From Candidatus Latescibacterota bacterium (lineage in GTDB: Bacteria > Latescibacterota > UBA2968 > GCA-2709665), in contig CBDDDZ010000003.1 of NCBI GenBank assembly GCA_965226795.1, positions 256,001 through 320,000 on the forward strand: a stretch of 64,000 bases of DNA. Direction: 5' to 3'. Position 1 is the first letter of the stretch, and every line of letters starts with the position of its first letter. Positions 39,748-50,107 of this stretch are shown one piece after another. Under the pieces are notes generated by a model that worked only from the letters and a program-made list of their open reading frames with translations, had not been told where the DNA came from and did not search any database. A program made the position numbers and the translations under genes.

Positions 39748-40497
39748 TCAAGCGCCGTCCGGCGCGATGCCGCGCGCCTTCATCCAGTCCATGACGATCT
39801 TGTGGCCGCCCGTTTTCGCCTGCTGATATGCGGATTCGCCGGCCGGATTCACCCAGCCCGGGTCGGCGCCGCGCTCGAAGAGGATTTTGGCGATGGTCAC
39901 GTGGCCGTTTCGACACGCGAAACCGAACGCGCTGTCCAGCGCCGTCTTCGGTGGTCTCGGTTCATCCCAGCAAGGCAGGGCCCCGGCGTTTTCCGTCACG
40001 TTTCCCTCATCGTCAAAAAACCGATCCACGAGGTCCCTTCGTCCGGCGCCCGCGGCAGTCATAAGATTTGACGACGCGCCCCTGTCGATCAATAGCCTGG
40101 CGACGTTTACGCAGCGGAAAATGACGGCATTCCATAGCGGTGTCCCGTTTGCAATGACGCCACGGTCACTGTCGATTTCCGCCCCTTGATCGAGCATCAG
40201 TTCCGCCAGGTCGAGGTCATCGTTGCTGGCTGCCCAGTGCAGGGGCGTCTCCTTCACGGCTTCAACCTGCCCGTGCTGGAAACGTGCGTTCACGTCGGCG
40301 CCCGCGTTGATAACCAGCCTGGCCATCTCCACACCCTTCGGTTTGTGTCCCGGATAACCCGCGACCGTATGCAGGAGCGTGCGATCGTTGTCTTCCGACC
40401 TGAGATGGGGCAGGTCCGGATGCGATGCGATCAACCCGTCCAGCCTTCTGATATCGCTATGTTCGATGGCTTCACGCGCTTCTTCGATCGGCGTCAT
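39748..40497 (-). CDS. Ankyrin-repeat protein
   Basis: TPLHWAASND, TPLWNAV and ACRNGH...GADP repeats. Confidence 0.92.
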   Translation of the reverse strand: MTPIEEAREAIEHSDIRRLDGLIASHPDLPHLRSEDNDRTLLHTVAGYPGHKPKGVEMARLVINAGADVNARFQHGQVEAVKETPLHWAASNDDLDLAELMLDQGAEIDSDRGVIANGTPLWNAVIFRCVNVARLLIDRGASSNLMTAAGAGRRDLVDRFFDDEGNVTENAGALPCWDEPRPPKTALDSAFGFACRNGHVTIAKILFERGADPGWVNPAGESAYQQAKTGGHKIVMDWMKARGIAPDGA

Positions 40498-40519
40498 TAT
40501 CCACCCTCCGGTTGATGGG

Positions 40520-41425
40520 TCAGGGGATTCCCAATCGCTGGCGGAACATTTCGTCCTGCGCGGTTTTCAGCCGCCAGTAGGGTTCGCGGATGGTCACCAT
40601 CAGTTCCGCGCGGCCGCCCGACGCGTCCTCCCATTTCAGTATACGGCGAGGGTAAGCCGTTTCCACCCAGACCGTTGTGTTCCATTCGCCCGTTTCCCAG
40701 CGCCACGGGGTGGCTTCGAAACTCTTGTTAGACACTGTAATCGTTTCCTGAGTACCTTTGCTTAAACGCGCATCCACCAGGGCGTGGGGACGGTGCCGCG
40801 TCCGGAATGACCACAGGCTGCGCAGAAGCCGGATCGGGCGCGATTCGCCGGCCTGCATTGTGGGGCCTTTGAGTTCCCGGATTTGAATAAGCAGATGGTC
40901 TTCGCTATGGAAGCCTTCAGGGATATCCAGGGCGTAGGATCGCAAGCCTTCGCGTTCGAAGTAGCTGTTCAGGTCGCCCCGCAGGCCGCCGTCAACCACC
41001 CGTATCTCGTCGAATATGTGCCCGCACCATTCCTGTGAACTCAGATTCACTTTCATCAGCTCGAAGGGATTTGAACCGCTAGAGCCCTCAACGGCGCTGA
41101 AGACGGATGTCATCACGGAATAGTCGTAAATGCCGGTGGTGAACTTGAGAACGTTGTTCAATTTGAGAACATAGACTTTCTCTGCAGGTGGCGTGGGCGA
41201 CTCTACTTTAATGTAGGTGTTCCGGTTCAGGTCTTCGGTCACGAAAATGAGGACGCCGTAGCCCTCGCGCGACTCTCCGTAACGAGGCTGCACCACGCGA
41301 TAGCTGGAGATCTCCGCTTTGCCGTCCCCCCAGTGCGCATAGAAGTCCGGCATTTCAGCGCGGGCCGGCGTGATGATACTCAGCGTAATCAAGACCGTAA
41401 AAGTGATTGCGGTTAACCGGGACAT
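40520..41425 (-). CDS. Conserved hypothetical secreted protein
   Basis: GGAAGG RBS, signal peptide ending ARA, WGDGKAE and SSQEWCGH motifs. Confidence 0.85.
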   Translation of the reverse strand: MSRLTAITFTVLITLSIITPARAEMPDFYAHWGDGKAEISSYRVVQPRYGESREGYGVLIFVTEDLNRNTYIKVESPTPPAEKVYVLKLNNVLKFTTGIYDYSVMTSVFSAVEGSSGSNPFELMKVNLSSQEWCGHIFDEIRVVDGGLRGDLNSYFEREGLRSYALDIPEGFHSEDHLLIQIRELKGPTMQAGESRPIRLLRSLWSFRTRHRPHALVDARLSKGTQETITVSNKSFEATPWRWETGEWNTTVWVETAYPRRILKWEDASGGRAELMVTIREPYWRLKTAQDEMFRQRLGIP

Positions 41426-41599
41426 ATATCTTCCTTCCTTTTGTTGATCGAGCTGAGCGCTCCGCCGATAGAAATGCGGCCCACACATTCGACGGGCATA
41501 AAGACAAAAGCCCCGCCCCATTCGGCCGGGGAATCGAATGGCAAAGGCCGCCTCCCGATCGGTGGCGGCCCTGGCATCCATTACAACAATCCGGCAGGC

Positions 41600-42697
41600 T
41601 TATTTCAATAACATCATTCGTTTGGAAGCCGTAAAGTCGGCGGCCTGTACCCTGTAGAGATAGATTCCACTTGCCACCCGCCGCCCCATCTCATCCATCC
41701 CGTCCCAGGTCGCCGTGAAGGAACCTGCCTCCATAGGCTGGTCGATCAGAACGCGGACCTCCTGGCCCAGCAGGTTGTAAATGGCCAGCCTGACCGGACT
41801 TGCCTCCGGAATCCTGTATCCGATGACAGTGGAAGGGTTGAACGGGTTGGGCGCATTCTGATCCAGGCCGTATTCGCCGGATTGAGGCGTCAGGCGGGCA
41901 AAATCAACAGTTGTCAGCCGGTCGATGGCGCCGTCGAGGCCGACCAGAACGCCTTCCGAAATCCGAAAATCGCTGGACGCAGGCTCACCGTCCGTCTTAA
42001 AGGTGAGTTCTACAAGCTTGCCGTCGCCACTGACCCCCTGGCCATCGACCTTCACCGCGCCAAGATCCACCCTGCCGGGCGCGTGGTTCGCGGACAAAAA
42101 CAGCGTCTGCTGGCCAGGACCTGATTTGAGCAGATTCTCCTCCAATTCCCTGGCTTCCATCAACTCGTACTTCGCCGGGTCGTAGTGCAGCGAGAATCCG
42201 TAACCTTTCAGGTCCTTCGTATGAGCCAGTGAAACGTGCAGTCTCAAAAGCCCGTTCTCAGTACTCAAGTCGTCAACCTTCTCGAGCTTTAGTGTGGCAA
42301 ATGCGTTCCGGCCACCGGTGATATTCAAACCTCTCGTCATCTTTCCTGTGGCGTTCGCACCGCCCACACTGCCGGGTTTTGAGTCCAAGGCCCCCATAAG
42401 CGATGACCGGTCGCGAACGGTGGCGCTCAACGGATTTCCTTCCGACGCACCGGCGTTTACGATCTCGTGCTTCGCCGGTACGTAACCCAGCGAAAGCCCA
42501 TACCCCTTCAGCGCTCCTTCGCCCGTCGAGGGAACGGGTTTCTGTAGTGGACTTTTATTTTTGTCCAGGGCGCCAAGTTGTCGCGATTTCGTTTTTGCAA
42601 CTGCGCTCCGTCCGTCATCAGCGGTCAATTCATCGGCAAGGGCCGGGCCGGATGAAACCAACACAGCGCAAATCGACAGAAGAACAATCCGTTTCAT
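41600..42697 (-). CDS. Secreted cohesin-like protein with FlgD-Ig/sorting-type C-terminal domain
   Basis: Signal peptide, LKGYGFSLHYDP...GDGKLVELTF cohesin-like domain, and QNAPNPFNPST...IYNLLGQEVR...WDG...VASGIYLYR tail. Confidence 0.88.
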   Translation of the reverse strand: MKRIVLLSICAVLVSSGPALADELTADDGRSAVAKTKSRQLGALDKNKSPLQKPVPSTGEGALKGYGLSLGYVPAKHEIVNAGASEGNPLSATVRDRSSLMGALDSKPGSVGGANATGKMTRGLNITGGRNAFATLKLEKVDDLSTENGLLRLHVSLAHTKDLKGYGFSLHYDPAKYELMEARELEENLLKSGPGQQTLFLSANHAPGRVDLGAVKVDGQGVSGDGKLVELTFKTDGEPASSDFRISEGVLVGLDGAIDRLTTVDFARLTPQSGEYGLDQNAPNPFNPSTVIGYRIPEASPVRLAIYNLLGQEVRVLIDQPMEAGSFTATWDGMDEMGRRVASGIYLYRVQAADFTASKRMMLLK

Positions 42698-42906
42698 TTC
42701 GTTACTCCTCCAATAGCGGTTCTCCGCACCTCAAGAATTCGCGTCCATCCCGGGTAAGCCGAACCATCCATCATACTGCAGGCGATTTCCATTTGCGTTA
42801 ATGAACGATCAACCATCCGACCAGGCCATTTCTTCTCGGTTTAAGCGGAAAGCCCGATATCTGCGTGGATCTTTCGGACTTCGTGGGCTATCCGAGCCAC
42901 ATAAGA

Positions 42907-42935
42907 AATCTATCGCACAAATCCGCCCCTGTCAA
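42907..42935 (-). promoter_or_regulatory. candidate sigma70 promoter
   Basis: TTGACA-N17-TAGATT. Confidence 0.55.
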
Positions 42936-43017
42936 CCCCATTGAACGCAGATAGAGCCGAAATCACCTCTTGCGAGTCCGTCAATCCACACCTGGATCAT
43001 CCCGCCGTTTCCATGGC

Positions 43018-45930
43018 TCATCGGCCACTTCGAGGAGACCCCGCCGCTGTTTCCGCCCAACTCCTCACGCGTTCCTCGATACGTTCTCTCACGTCCGCGG
43101 CGACCTCGCGCACTTCCGCCGGTGCACGGACCGTCTCGCCCTGTCGCTCGCGAAGCGCGACGATGAGGGGCGCCAGCGCACCGGATTTCGCGGGATCGCT
43201 CAGGAGAACTGCGACAAGCTCACGCTCCGAAGCGCCGGCTGCGACAAGGTTGGGTATAAGCCAAAGCATCCAGTTCAATCCAACTTCGTTGTCAGGAGGA
43301 ACCGCGGCATACACGGAGCAAAACACTTCCATAGCCGCGACACTCTCGTTTCGAATCATCAGTGCCAGAGCTCGTATACACATTGCCTGCCACGCAAATT
43401 GGCCGCTCCCATTGTCAGACAGAGCGTGGACTCTTTTTTCGAGTTGCTCACACACGCGCAGCGCTTCATCCGCGCGCCCCAACTCGGCCTGGCACCGGCC
43501 CTTGTCGACCAACGCCCCGATAACAAACCTCTGAAGATCCGATACATCGCTGTCGCCATAACGCTCAACCATATCGTCCCACGACGCAATGGCTCCCTCC
43601 GCATCACGCAATTCCTTTTTCGTTCTTCCCTTATCGATCAACGCCCCGGCGATATACTTCTGAAGACCCAGCGCATCGCTGTCGCCGTAACGTTCGACCA
43701 CCTCCTGGAAGTTTGCAACGGCTCCCTCCGGATCGTCCAGTTCCTTTCTCAATCTTCCCCTGTCGATCAGTGCCCCGGCAACCCAGCCTTGAACATCTGG
43801 CGCGTTGCTTTCGCCAAAACGCTTGACCACTTCCTCACATATCGACAGGGCCCCCCCAGGGTCGCCCTGTTCTTTGATCGCTTCTGCTTTGTGGACCAAC
43901 GAAGCTGCAACCCAAAACTGAAGATCGGGAACGGTGCTGTCAGCGTAGCGTTCGATCACGATGTTGTTTAATGCAACGGCTCCGGCCGTATCGCCAAGTT
44001 TTTTTCTCGCTTCTGCCTCGTCGGTTAACGCGGTGGCGACCCAAATCTGAAGATTTGGATCATTGCTGTCTCCATAGCGCTCGACCACCTCCTCCCACGC
44101 CGAAATGGCTCCGTCAACATCGTCCATGTCCTTTCTCAGTCTACCTTTGTGGTCTAACGCCATAGCAACCAACATTTGGAGACGAATCGCGTTGCTGTTA
44201 CCGTAGTGTTCCACCACCTCCTCGCATGCTACAATGGCTCCCTCAAGATCTCCCAGTTCTTTTTTCGCTCTCACCTTCTGCATCAACGTTATGGCGACCC
44301 GCTGCTTAACTTCCTTTGTGCGGTTGTAACCGCAACGTCTTACCAGTTCCTCGCACGCTGCAATTATCCCTTGGAAATCTCCAAGTTGCGCGTAAGCGAC
44401 GCCCTTCAGGTGCAAAATGCGGGCGATGAATACTTCTGACAGTTGCCGCGATTCTGCGTCACCGGAAGTGAACACCTGGTCAACGATTTCGATGACTCTC
44501 TCCCATGCCCGTCCCTGGAACGCTGATGTGATATCTTTCTCAAGCCGCCTTTCAGCCATCCCCTGATCATACTTGGCAACTTTGTCTGCTGCTTCTCTGA
44601 CGAAATCCCACTTTATGCTGGAATCGACCTCTTCGGCATGTGACATTTTTTCGAGTGCGCGGTCCATACCTGCGCGCAGGACCGGTGACTCCCTCGCTTC
44701 CAGGTACAACTGTTCGCTGATCTCAGATAGTTCACGAATGTTGTAAAACACCACCATGAATTTTATCAAACATTCTACAATTGCCGCCTCGTCGCGTTCG
44801 CGCCGCAGTTTGTAATAGATGCTGTAGAGCGGCTCGGAGGGGGCGTAAAATCTTTTCCTTCCGCGGCCTTCCACATTGACGGCGCCGCGCTCGACGAGCC
44901 TCCCCAGCATCGTGGATACGACGCGAACATCCATGCGCGCACGCGTCGCAATTTCGCCGGCGCTCGACGGTTGCCACAGGTCCATCACCGAGACGTAGAC
45001 CCGCCGTTCGGTCTTTGCCAGAACTTCGAGGTGTCCGCGGAAATATTCCGTGTGCTCGTCGATCAGCGTTACCAGCTCTTCCATCAACCTGCGGAGGGAG
45101 CGGTGTCTCCCGAACTCGGCGACGATGACCAGAAGGCGCGGGTTACCGCCGGTCAGGATCTGAAGCGGCCTGATCTCCCGTAAGCTCACGGTATCTCCGC
45201 TGACCACCTGCCAAAGGAGGCGGCACGCATCCGTATCCAGCGGTTGCAGATTGATGGTTCGGAACAGCTCGAAGAACGGCTGCTCTGCGTCGTCCAGGCC
45301 CTCGAATCGACTCGTTGAGGAGGAAAGCAACATCATGACCTGGGGTTCCGACTGAAGCGCCCCTCTAAGCTTCCAGCCGAAATCCTCGTCCACGTTCTCG
45401 CATAACGATTGCAGGTTCTCGACCATGAGCACGAGTTTCCTGTCCAGCCGATCCGCTGCCTCCAGAACGGCGGCGCGGGCGAGCGCCTCGAGCGACTGTT
45501 CACGCCAGCGGGAAGAGAGGTCGCGATGTGTCTGCCGCAGATCCTGTGAGAGGCCTCGATCCTGCTCCGCGGTCTCGTTTGCCAGATGGAACAGCGTCTC
45601 TAGCCAGAAATCGGCGACGTTGAAGATCTCCTGGCTCTCTTCCATGAACCGCACCGGGAATAGCCATTTCGCGAGTTGCTGGTCAGTTCTCAATTCTGCG
45701 GCGGTACGGACCAGGAGCATGGTTTTTCCGCGACCTCGAGGACCCACCAACAGGACGTGTTGGCACGACGGCGAGTCCACGTTCCCACGGAGGACCTCGA
45801 GTACGGTGTCGAGTTCGCGCTTGCGGACGACAAACTGCTGGATCACTTCTTCGTCGGACTGATGCGTGCCGGGGTTGAACTTGCGAAGCGGACGATTTGC
45901 GGCCTGGCTCGCTGCATTGGCACCAGTCAT
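43018..45930 (-). CDS. STAND-like P-loop ATPase with winged HTH and TPR-like repeats
   Basis: Walker A GPRGRGKT, atypical Walker B VLMVEN, GGNP motif, wHTH (SAGEIATRARMDVRVVSTMLGRLVERG), and seven 43-aa repeats. Confidence 0.88.
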   Translation of the reverse strand: MTGANAASQAANRPLRKFNPGTHQSDEEVIQQFVVRKRELDTVLEVLRGNVDSPSCQHVLLVGPRGRGKTMLLVRTAAELRTDQQLAKWLFPVRFMEESQEIFNVADFWLETLFHLANETAEQDRGLSQDLRQTHRDLSSRWREQSLEALARAAVLEAADRLDRKLVLMVENLQSLCENVDEDFGWKLRGALQSEPQVMMLLSSSTSRFEGLDDAEQPFFELFRTINLQPLDTDACRLLWQVVSGDTVSLREIRPLQILTGGNPRLLVIVAEFGRHRSLRRLMEELVTLIDEHTEYFRGHLEVLAKTERRVYVSVMDLWQPSSAGEIATRARMDVRVVSTMLGRLVERGAVNVEGRGRKRFYAPSEPLYSIYYKLRRERDEAAIVECLIKFMVVFYNIRELSEISEQLYLEARESPVLRAGMDRALEKMSHAEEVDSSIKWDFVREAADKVAKYDQGMAERRLEKDITSAFQGRAWERVIEIVDQVFTSGDAESRQLSEVFIARILHLKGVAYAQLGDFQGIIAACEELVRRCGYNRTKEVKQRVAITLMQKVRAKKELGDLEGAIVACEEVVEHYGNSNAIRLQMLVAMALDHKGRLRKDMDDVDGAISAWEEVVERYGDSNDPNLQIWVATALTDEAEARKKLGDTAGAVALNNIVIERYADSTVPDLQFWVAASLVHKAEAIKEQGDPGGALSICEEVVKRFGESNAPDVQGWVAGALIDRGRLRKELDDPEGAVANFQEVVERYGDSDALGLQKYIAGALIDKGRTKKELRDAEGAIASWDDMVERYGDSDVSDLQRFVIGALVDKGRCQAELGRADEALRVCEQLEKRVHALSDNGSGQFAWQAMCIRALALMIRNESVAAMEVFCSVYAAVPPDNEVGLNWMLWLIPNLVAAGASERELVAVLLSDPAKSGALAPLIVALRERQGETVRAPAEVREVAADVRERIEERVRSWAETAAGSPRSGR

Positions 45931-47171
45931 TTCGTTCGCCCCCTTGACCCATCGTTAGTCCGGCGACATTCGATCGGGATATGATGATCACGGAAGCGGG
46001 CCGTCCACCAATCTTTCAGCAAACGTGAAGCAAAGCGGTGACCATCGTCGTTGGCTTCGAGATACCCATCGTGTTCCAGGACTTCGAGGACGTCCGCAAT
46101 ACGTGTGGTTGCGTCATCTACCAGCCTGGAATACATCCGGACGAGACAATTTTTCGTGTTTGGTGTGAACACTCCCTCAACCGCCGCTTCGGCAAGAATC
46201 TCCATGGCAATAGAGTAGCTCTCATCTTCCAGAGCCTCCTTAAGGCGCGCCTCGTAGTGTACGAGGTCGGTTTGACCCGACGGTCCCAGGAGCGAGTTGC
46301 GATAGACATTCTCTACGTCTTTCACTGTGACCCGGTCGCGACCATGCATGATGGCGAAGTCCCGCAAACGTGCGAAGAATGATTGAACGTGGTGGGGGAT
46401 GCCGATCCCGAGCGCGTAGTACACCGCGTCGGCCACGCCGTCGTCAATGGATAATCTGTACCTGTCGACAAGACGATTGAAGCACTTCACGCTTGTTTCA
46501 CGGTCCCATGGTCCGAGCCGGTAGGTATAGAAATAGTTGATGAGATCGGGTATGTTGAGCCGTCGGACGAGTGGTTCGAGACCGATACTGCCGGACACAA
46601 TGAGGACCGGAGAGCCTTCGGCGAGCGCCTGGAACACGCCGCGTAACCAACTCAGGAATTCGTCCACACGTCGTGCGTTGCCGTCGGCTTGGAGCATGCG
46701 TTTGAGAAAGATGGGTAGTTCGTCGACAACCAGAAGCACGGGCTTGTCCTGCTCGGCGCATGCACCGAACAACTCGTCACCATGACGCCGCCAGTTCCCA
46801 TCATTCAGCACGGCACGGATCTTCAAGCTAAATTCCGGCGCGCTGATTTCTTCTATCCTTTCGCTGAAAATACGCTTCAGGCCGACGGCGAAACGCGACG
46901 CGATAGAGCGAATCTGGTGTACTGCTCGCGCGATGTCCGCGACCGCCTGCTCCGGGGAGTCCGCTCCTTCAACATCCGCAAAGAGAAAGATCCAGCCGTC
47001 GGCTTCAAGCCTGCGCCCGAGTTCCCGGACAATGGTGGTCTTTCCCATGCGCCGCTGTCCGGTCAACAACACGTGGTTTCGGTCTCGGACGAGTGTTTCC
47101 AGTATTTGCAGTTCACGATCACGGTTGAAAAAGTCATCGCCGCTAACCCAGCGGCCCGTGGATGAGTTCAT
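45927..47171 (-). CDS. AAA+/STAND-like ATPase with C-terminal winged helix
   Basis: AAGGAG RBS, FFNRDREL, GQRRMGKT, LVVDELP and VSGS; ATGA overlap with the next gene. Confidence 0.9.
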   Translation of the reverse strand: MNSSTGRWVSGDDFFNRDRELQILETLVRDRNHVLLTGQRRMGKTTIVRELGRRLEADGWIFLFADVEGADSPEQAVADIARAVHQIRSIASRFAVGLKRIFSERIEEISAPEFSLKIRAVLNDGNWRRHGDELFGACAEQDKPVLLVVDELPIFLKRMLQADGNARRVDEFLSWLRGVFQALAEGSPVLIVSGSIGLEPLVRRLNIPDLINYFYTYRLGPWDRETSVKCFNRLVDRYRLSIDDGVADAVYYALGIGIPHHVQSFFARLRDFAIMHGRDRVTVKDVENVYRNSLLGPSGQTDLVHYEARLKEALEDESYSIAMEILAEAAVEGVFTPNTKNCLVRMYSRLVDDATTRIADVLEVLEHDGYLEANDDGHRFASRLLKDWWTARFRDHHIPIECRRTNDGSRGRTK

Positions 47172-47202
47172 TGTCCGCTCCTTAATTTTCGAATCCAATG
47201 AA

Positions 47203-47246
47203 AATATAATATACAACAAATTCGTTGTCAACAGTTTTGTTGTATA
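47203..47246 (-). promoter_or_regulatory. sigma70 promoter overlapped by an 11-bp inverted repeat (operator-like)
   Basis: TTGACA(47231-47226)-N17-TATATT(47208-47203); TATACAACAAA-N15-TTTGTTGTATA at 47210-47246. Confidence 0.7.
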
Positions 47247-47484
47247 ATTCGACAAACCGTTGAAATAGGAGATCGTTTGTAGTCGCCCCCTGCAAATGCG
47301 CCGGGTGAGCGGACTTCGATTGCCTTGCCATTGGCTGACCGCTGTCAGCTATGCGCCACGGGTGCGCAAACCTGTGCGAAACAAAAACGACCCGCGATAC
47401 CCTTGTTGAAATCAGAGTATTCATTTATGTTATATAGTGTCTGGAAAACGAGAACCCCTGCACCGAATAAGGAGAAAGGACCCC

Positions 47485-49816
47485 ATGCCTGAATCGAGAT
47501 GTCGTCCCACTCGTTGGTTTGCCCGGTTTCTCCCCGTGGCGCCGGCGGTGATCTTTATCGTCATTTGCATTGCCCTCTGGATTCAATCGCAGCCGCTGCC
47601 TTCGCAGAGTCCGTTTTCGCTTTCCCCGGACCTGGATGGCGCGGAGGGCGATCAGGGCGTGACTTCTCTCGACGTGTCCGCCGAGGACATCGTTTCCATA
47701 CAGGTTTTCGGCGATGACATCCAGGGGGCCACTGCTGTTTCAATCAGGGGGCCACTGCTGTTTCAATCAGGGGGCCACTGCTGTTTCAATGCTTTTTCAA
47801 TACGATGCGCGCCAGGTTCTCTTCGATGGCTTCGACGTTGGCGGGATTATGACCCACGCCGTGGCGGTAACCCGCGAAGTTACGCATCCGACCGAGCTCA
47901 AGATCACCATCTGGCCGTTCGCGAGCCGCCCCACTCCCAGAACCGGCCTTATAGGCACCGTTCATTTTCGTACATCGGCCACGTTCTCCAGCACCACAAT
48001 ACGCCTGGCCCACGGGGATATTTCTCTGGGCCGATACCGGGAGGAAACCGCGACGCTGGATATCGACATCTCGGTGCAAGACAGTACGGCGGCGCCGTCG
48101 CCCGGCCTTGACGTCCATCGCGCCGATTTCGACGGCGACGGCACGGTCGCATTGTCCGATTTTTTGCAGTTTGCGAGCCATTTCGGGTCGCAGCAGGAGG
48201 ACGAGTCCTTCTAAGAACGATTCGATCTGGATGGCGACGGATCGGTGGCGCTCGGGGACTTTCTGGAATTTGCGGCCCAGTTCGGAAAGGAACTGCCGCC
48301 GCCCACGCCGCTTGTGGACCCGGCCGAGCGCGACGCTTTGGTGGCCATCTACAGGGCGACGGGCGGTGACAACTGGACGAACAGGACGAACTGGCTGACC
48401 GACAAGCACATTTCCAACTGGCACGGCGTCTTCGCCTTCGACGGTCGAGTGTCGGTATTGAGCCTGCGCGAGAACAATCTGACGGGTGAGATCCCGGCTG
48501 AATTGGGCAGCCTGTCCCATCTCAGGCGTCTCTACCTCCAGGACAATGGTCTGAGCGGTCCGATCCCCGTGGAATTGGGCAATCCTACCCAAAACGAGGC
48601 GCTTTTTCTGCACCGCAACGCGTTGAGCGGTACGATACCTGCCGAACTGGGCAACCTTTCCAAACTCAAATGGTTGGGTCTGAACGACAACCAGTTGAGC
48701 GGCGCCATACCCGCCGAATTGGGCGACCTTTCCAATCTGAAGGTCCTATGGATTTGGAAAAACGCGCTGAGCGGCGAGATCCCCGCCGATCTTGGAAAGC
48801 TCTCCGAACTGTTATGGCTGGATCTCAGCGAGAACCAATTGACTGGCGCAATACCTCCCGAACTGGGCGACATGACCAACGTGAATCAACTGTGGCTTGC
48901 CGAGAACAAGCTGAGCGGCGAGATTCCCGAGGCGCTTGGTAATATGGCTCACCTTCAGCGGCTCTACCTTAATGAAAATGAGTTGACCGGACCCATTCCC
49001 GCGGCGTTGGCCAACATTGCCGTCCTTGAAGTGCTCAGGCTGAACGAAAATAAGCTGAGCGGCGAGATTCCCTCCGAGTTCAGCGGATTGGACGAACTCA
49101 GGTGGCTGGAACTCGACATGAATGAATTGACTGGTGAAATACCGGCTGCGCTGGCCGACATGGCGTCACTTGAAGTGCTCTGGATTGCCAGCAACAAACT
49201 GACCGGCCCCATACCCTCCGAATTGGGCAAGCTCTCACAACTGTTCTGGCTGGATCTTTCAGGCAATGCGTTGAGCGGCGCGATTCCTGACGCCATGGGC
49301 AGCCTGTCCAACCTCGCTCAGCTGTGGGTCACCGATAATGCGGACCTGAAGGGCGCGCTTCCGTTCAGCCTGACCAACCTGAGCGACATGGAAGACTTTC
49401 AGTTTCACGGCACCGGGCTGTGCGCACCACTCGACGACGCCTTTCAGGCGTGGCTGGAGGGGATCGACCGGACCACCGGCGAGAATTGCGAGGAAACGAC
49501 AACCACGCCCGTGGAAATAAAGCCCCTGGCGGGGCTTCGCGTGTCGAACGGAGGGGTTCAATTCCTGGTATTATCGTCAACGGAGCAATGCATCACCCTC
49601 ATCGGTATATCCATTGAAGACGCAGTATACACGACCCACACGTCGAAATGGCAGCGAAAAGAGGGCGAGTCGTGGGCCGATATTCAAGGAACGCTGCGCG
49701 TGGGCCTATGTCCTTACTCGACCACCAGCGCCGGAGAATACCGGATGGTCGCCGAGGTCACCATCGATGGCGTAAGGGGAAGATACGCCAGCGAGAACAC
49801 CTTCACGGTCAACTGA
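47485..49816 (+). pseudogene. Cohesin-like/dockerin(EF-hand)-like/LRR surface protein, disrupted
   Basis: Frameshift caused by a 23-bp triplication, an in-frame TAA at 48212 between two DxDGDG repeats, then about 13 plant-type 24-aa LRRs (LxGxIPxELGxLxxL). Confidence 0.85.
47722..47790 (+). repeat. Perfect 23-bp tandem repeat x3
   Basis: CAGGGGGCCACTGCTGTTTCAAT three times with no spacers. Confidence 0.97.
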
Positions 49817-49834
49817 AAGCCACGTTTCCAGACT

Positions 49835-49865
49835 AAAAAAGGCCGTGTGATCCACACGGCCTTTT
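49835..49865. terminator. Bidirectional intrinsic terminator
   Basis: AAAAAAGGCCGTGTG-ATC-CACACGGCCTTTT between convergent genes. Confidence 0.85.
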
Positions 49866-50107
49866 GCAGAGGCGGGCATATACCGCCCCGTTTCGTTTTT
49901 TAAATTGAACCACAGTCGGAAGGACCGTCAGGCGAACCATCCGCCGCAGCGCCACCCGGCGCTTCTTCCCCTTCCTTCGATCCCGTCCGTTATTACCGCT
50001 TTGTTCAGCACGCCTTCCGCCCAATCTGCAACTCGCGAATGTCCGAACGCCTGACCGTTCCTCCGAGGCAACTGCGTACATGTCGGGCCGGCGCAGGCAG
50101 GTCAAAT

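Noticed and set aside
47722..47790. Possible mini CRISPR array
   Set aside because: The repeats are directly adjacent with no spacers, lie inside a coding region, and there are no cas genes.
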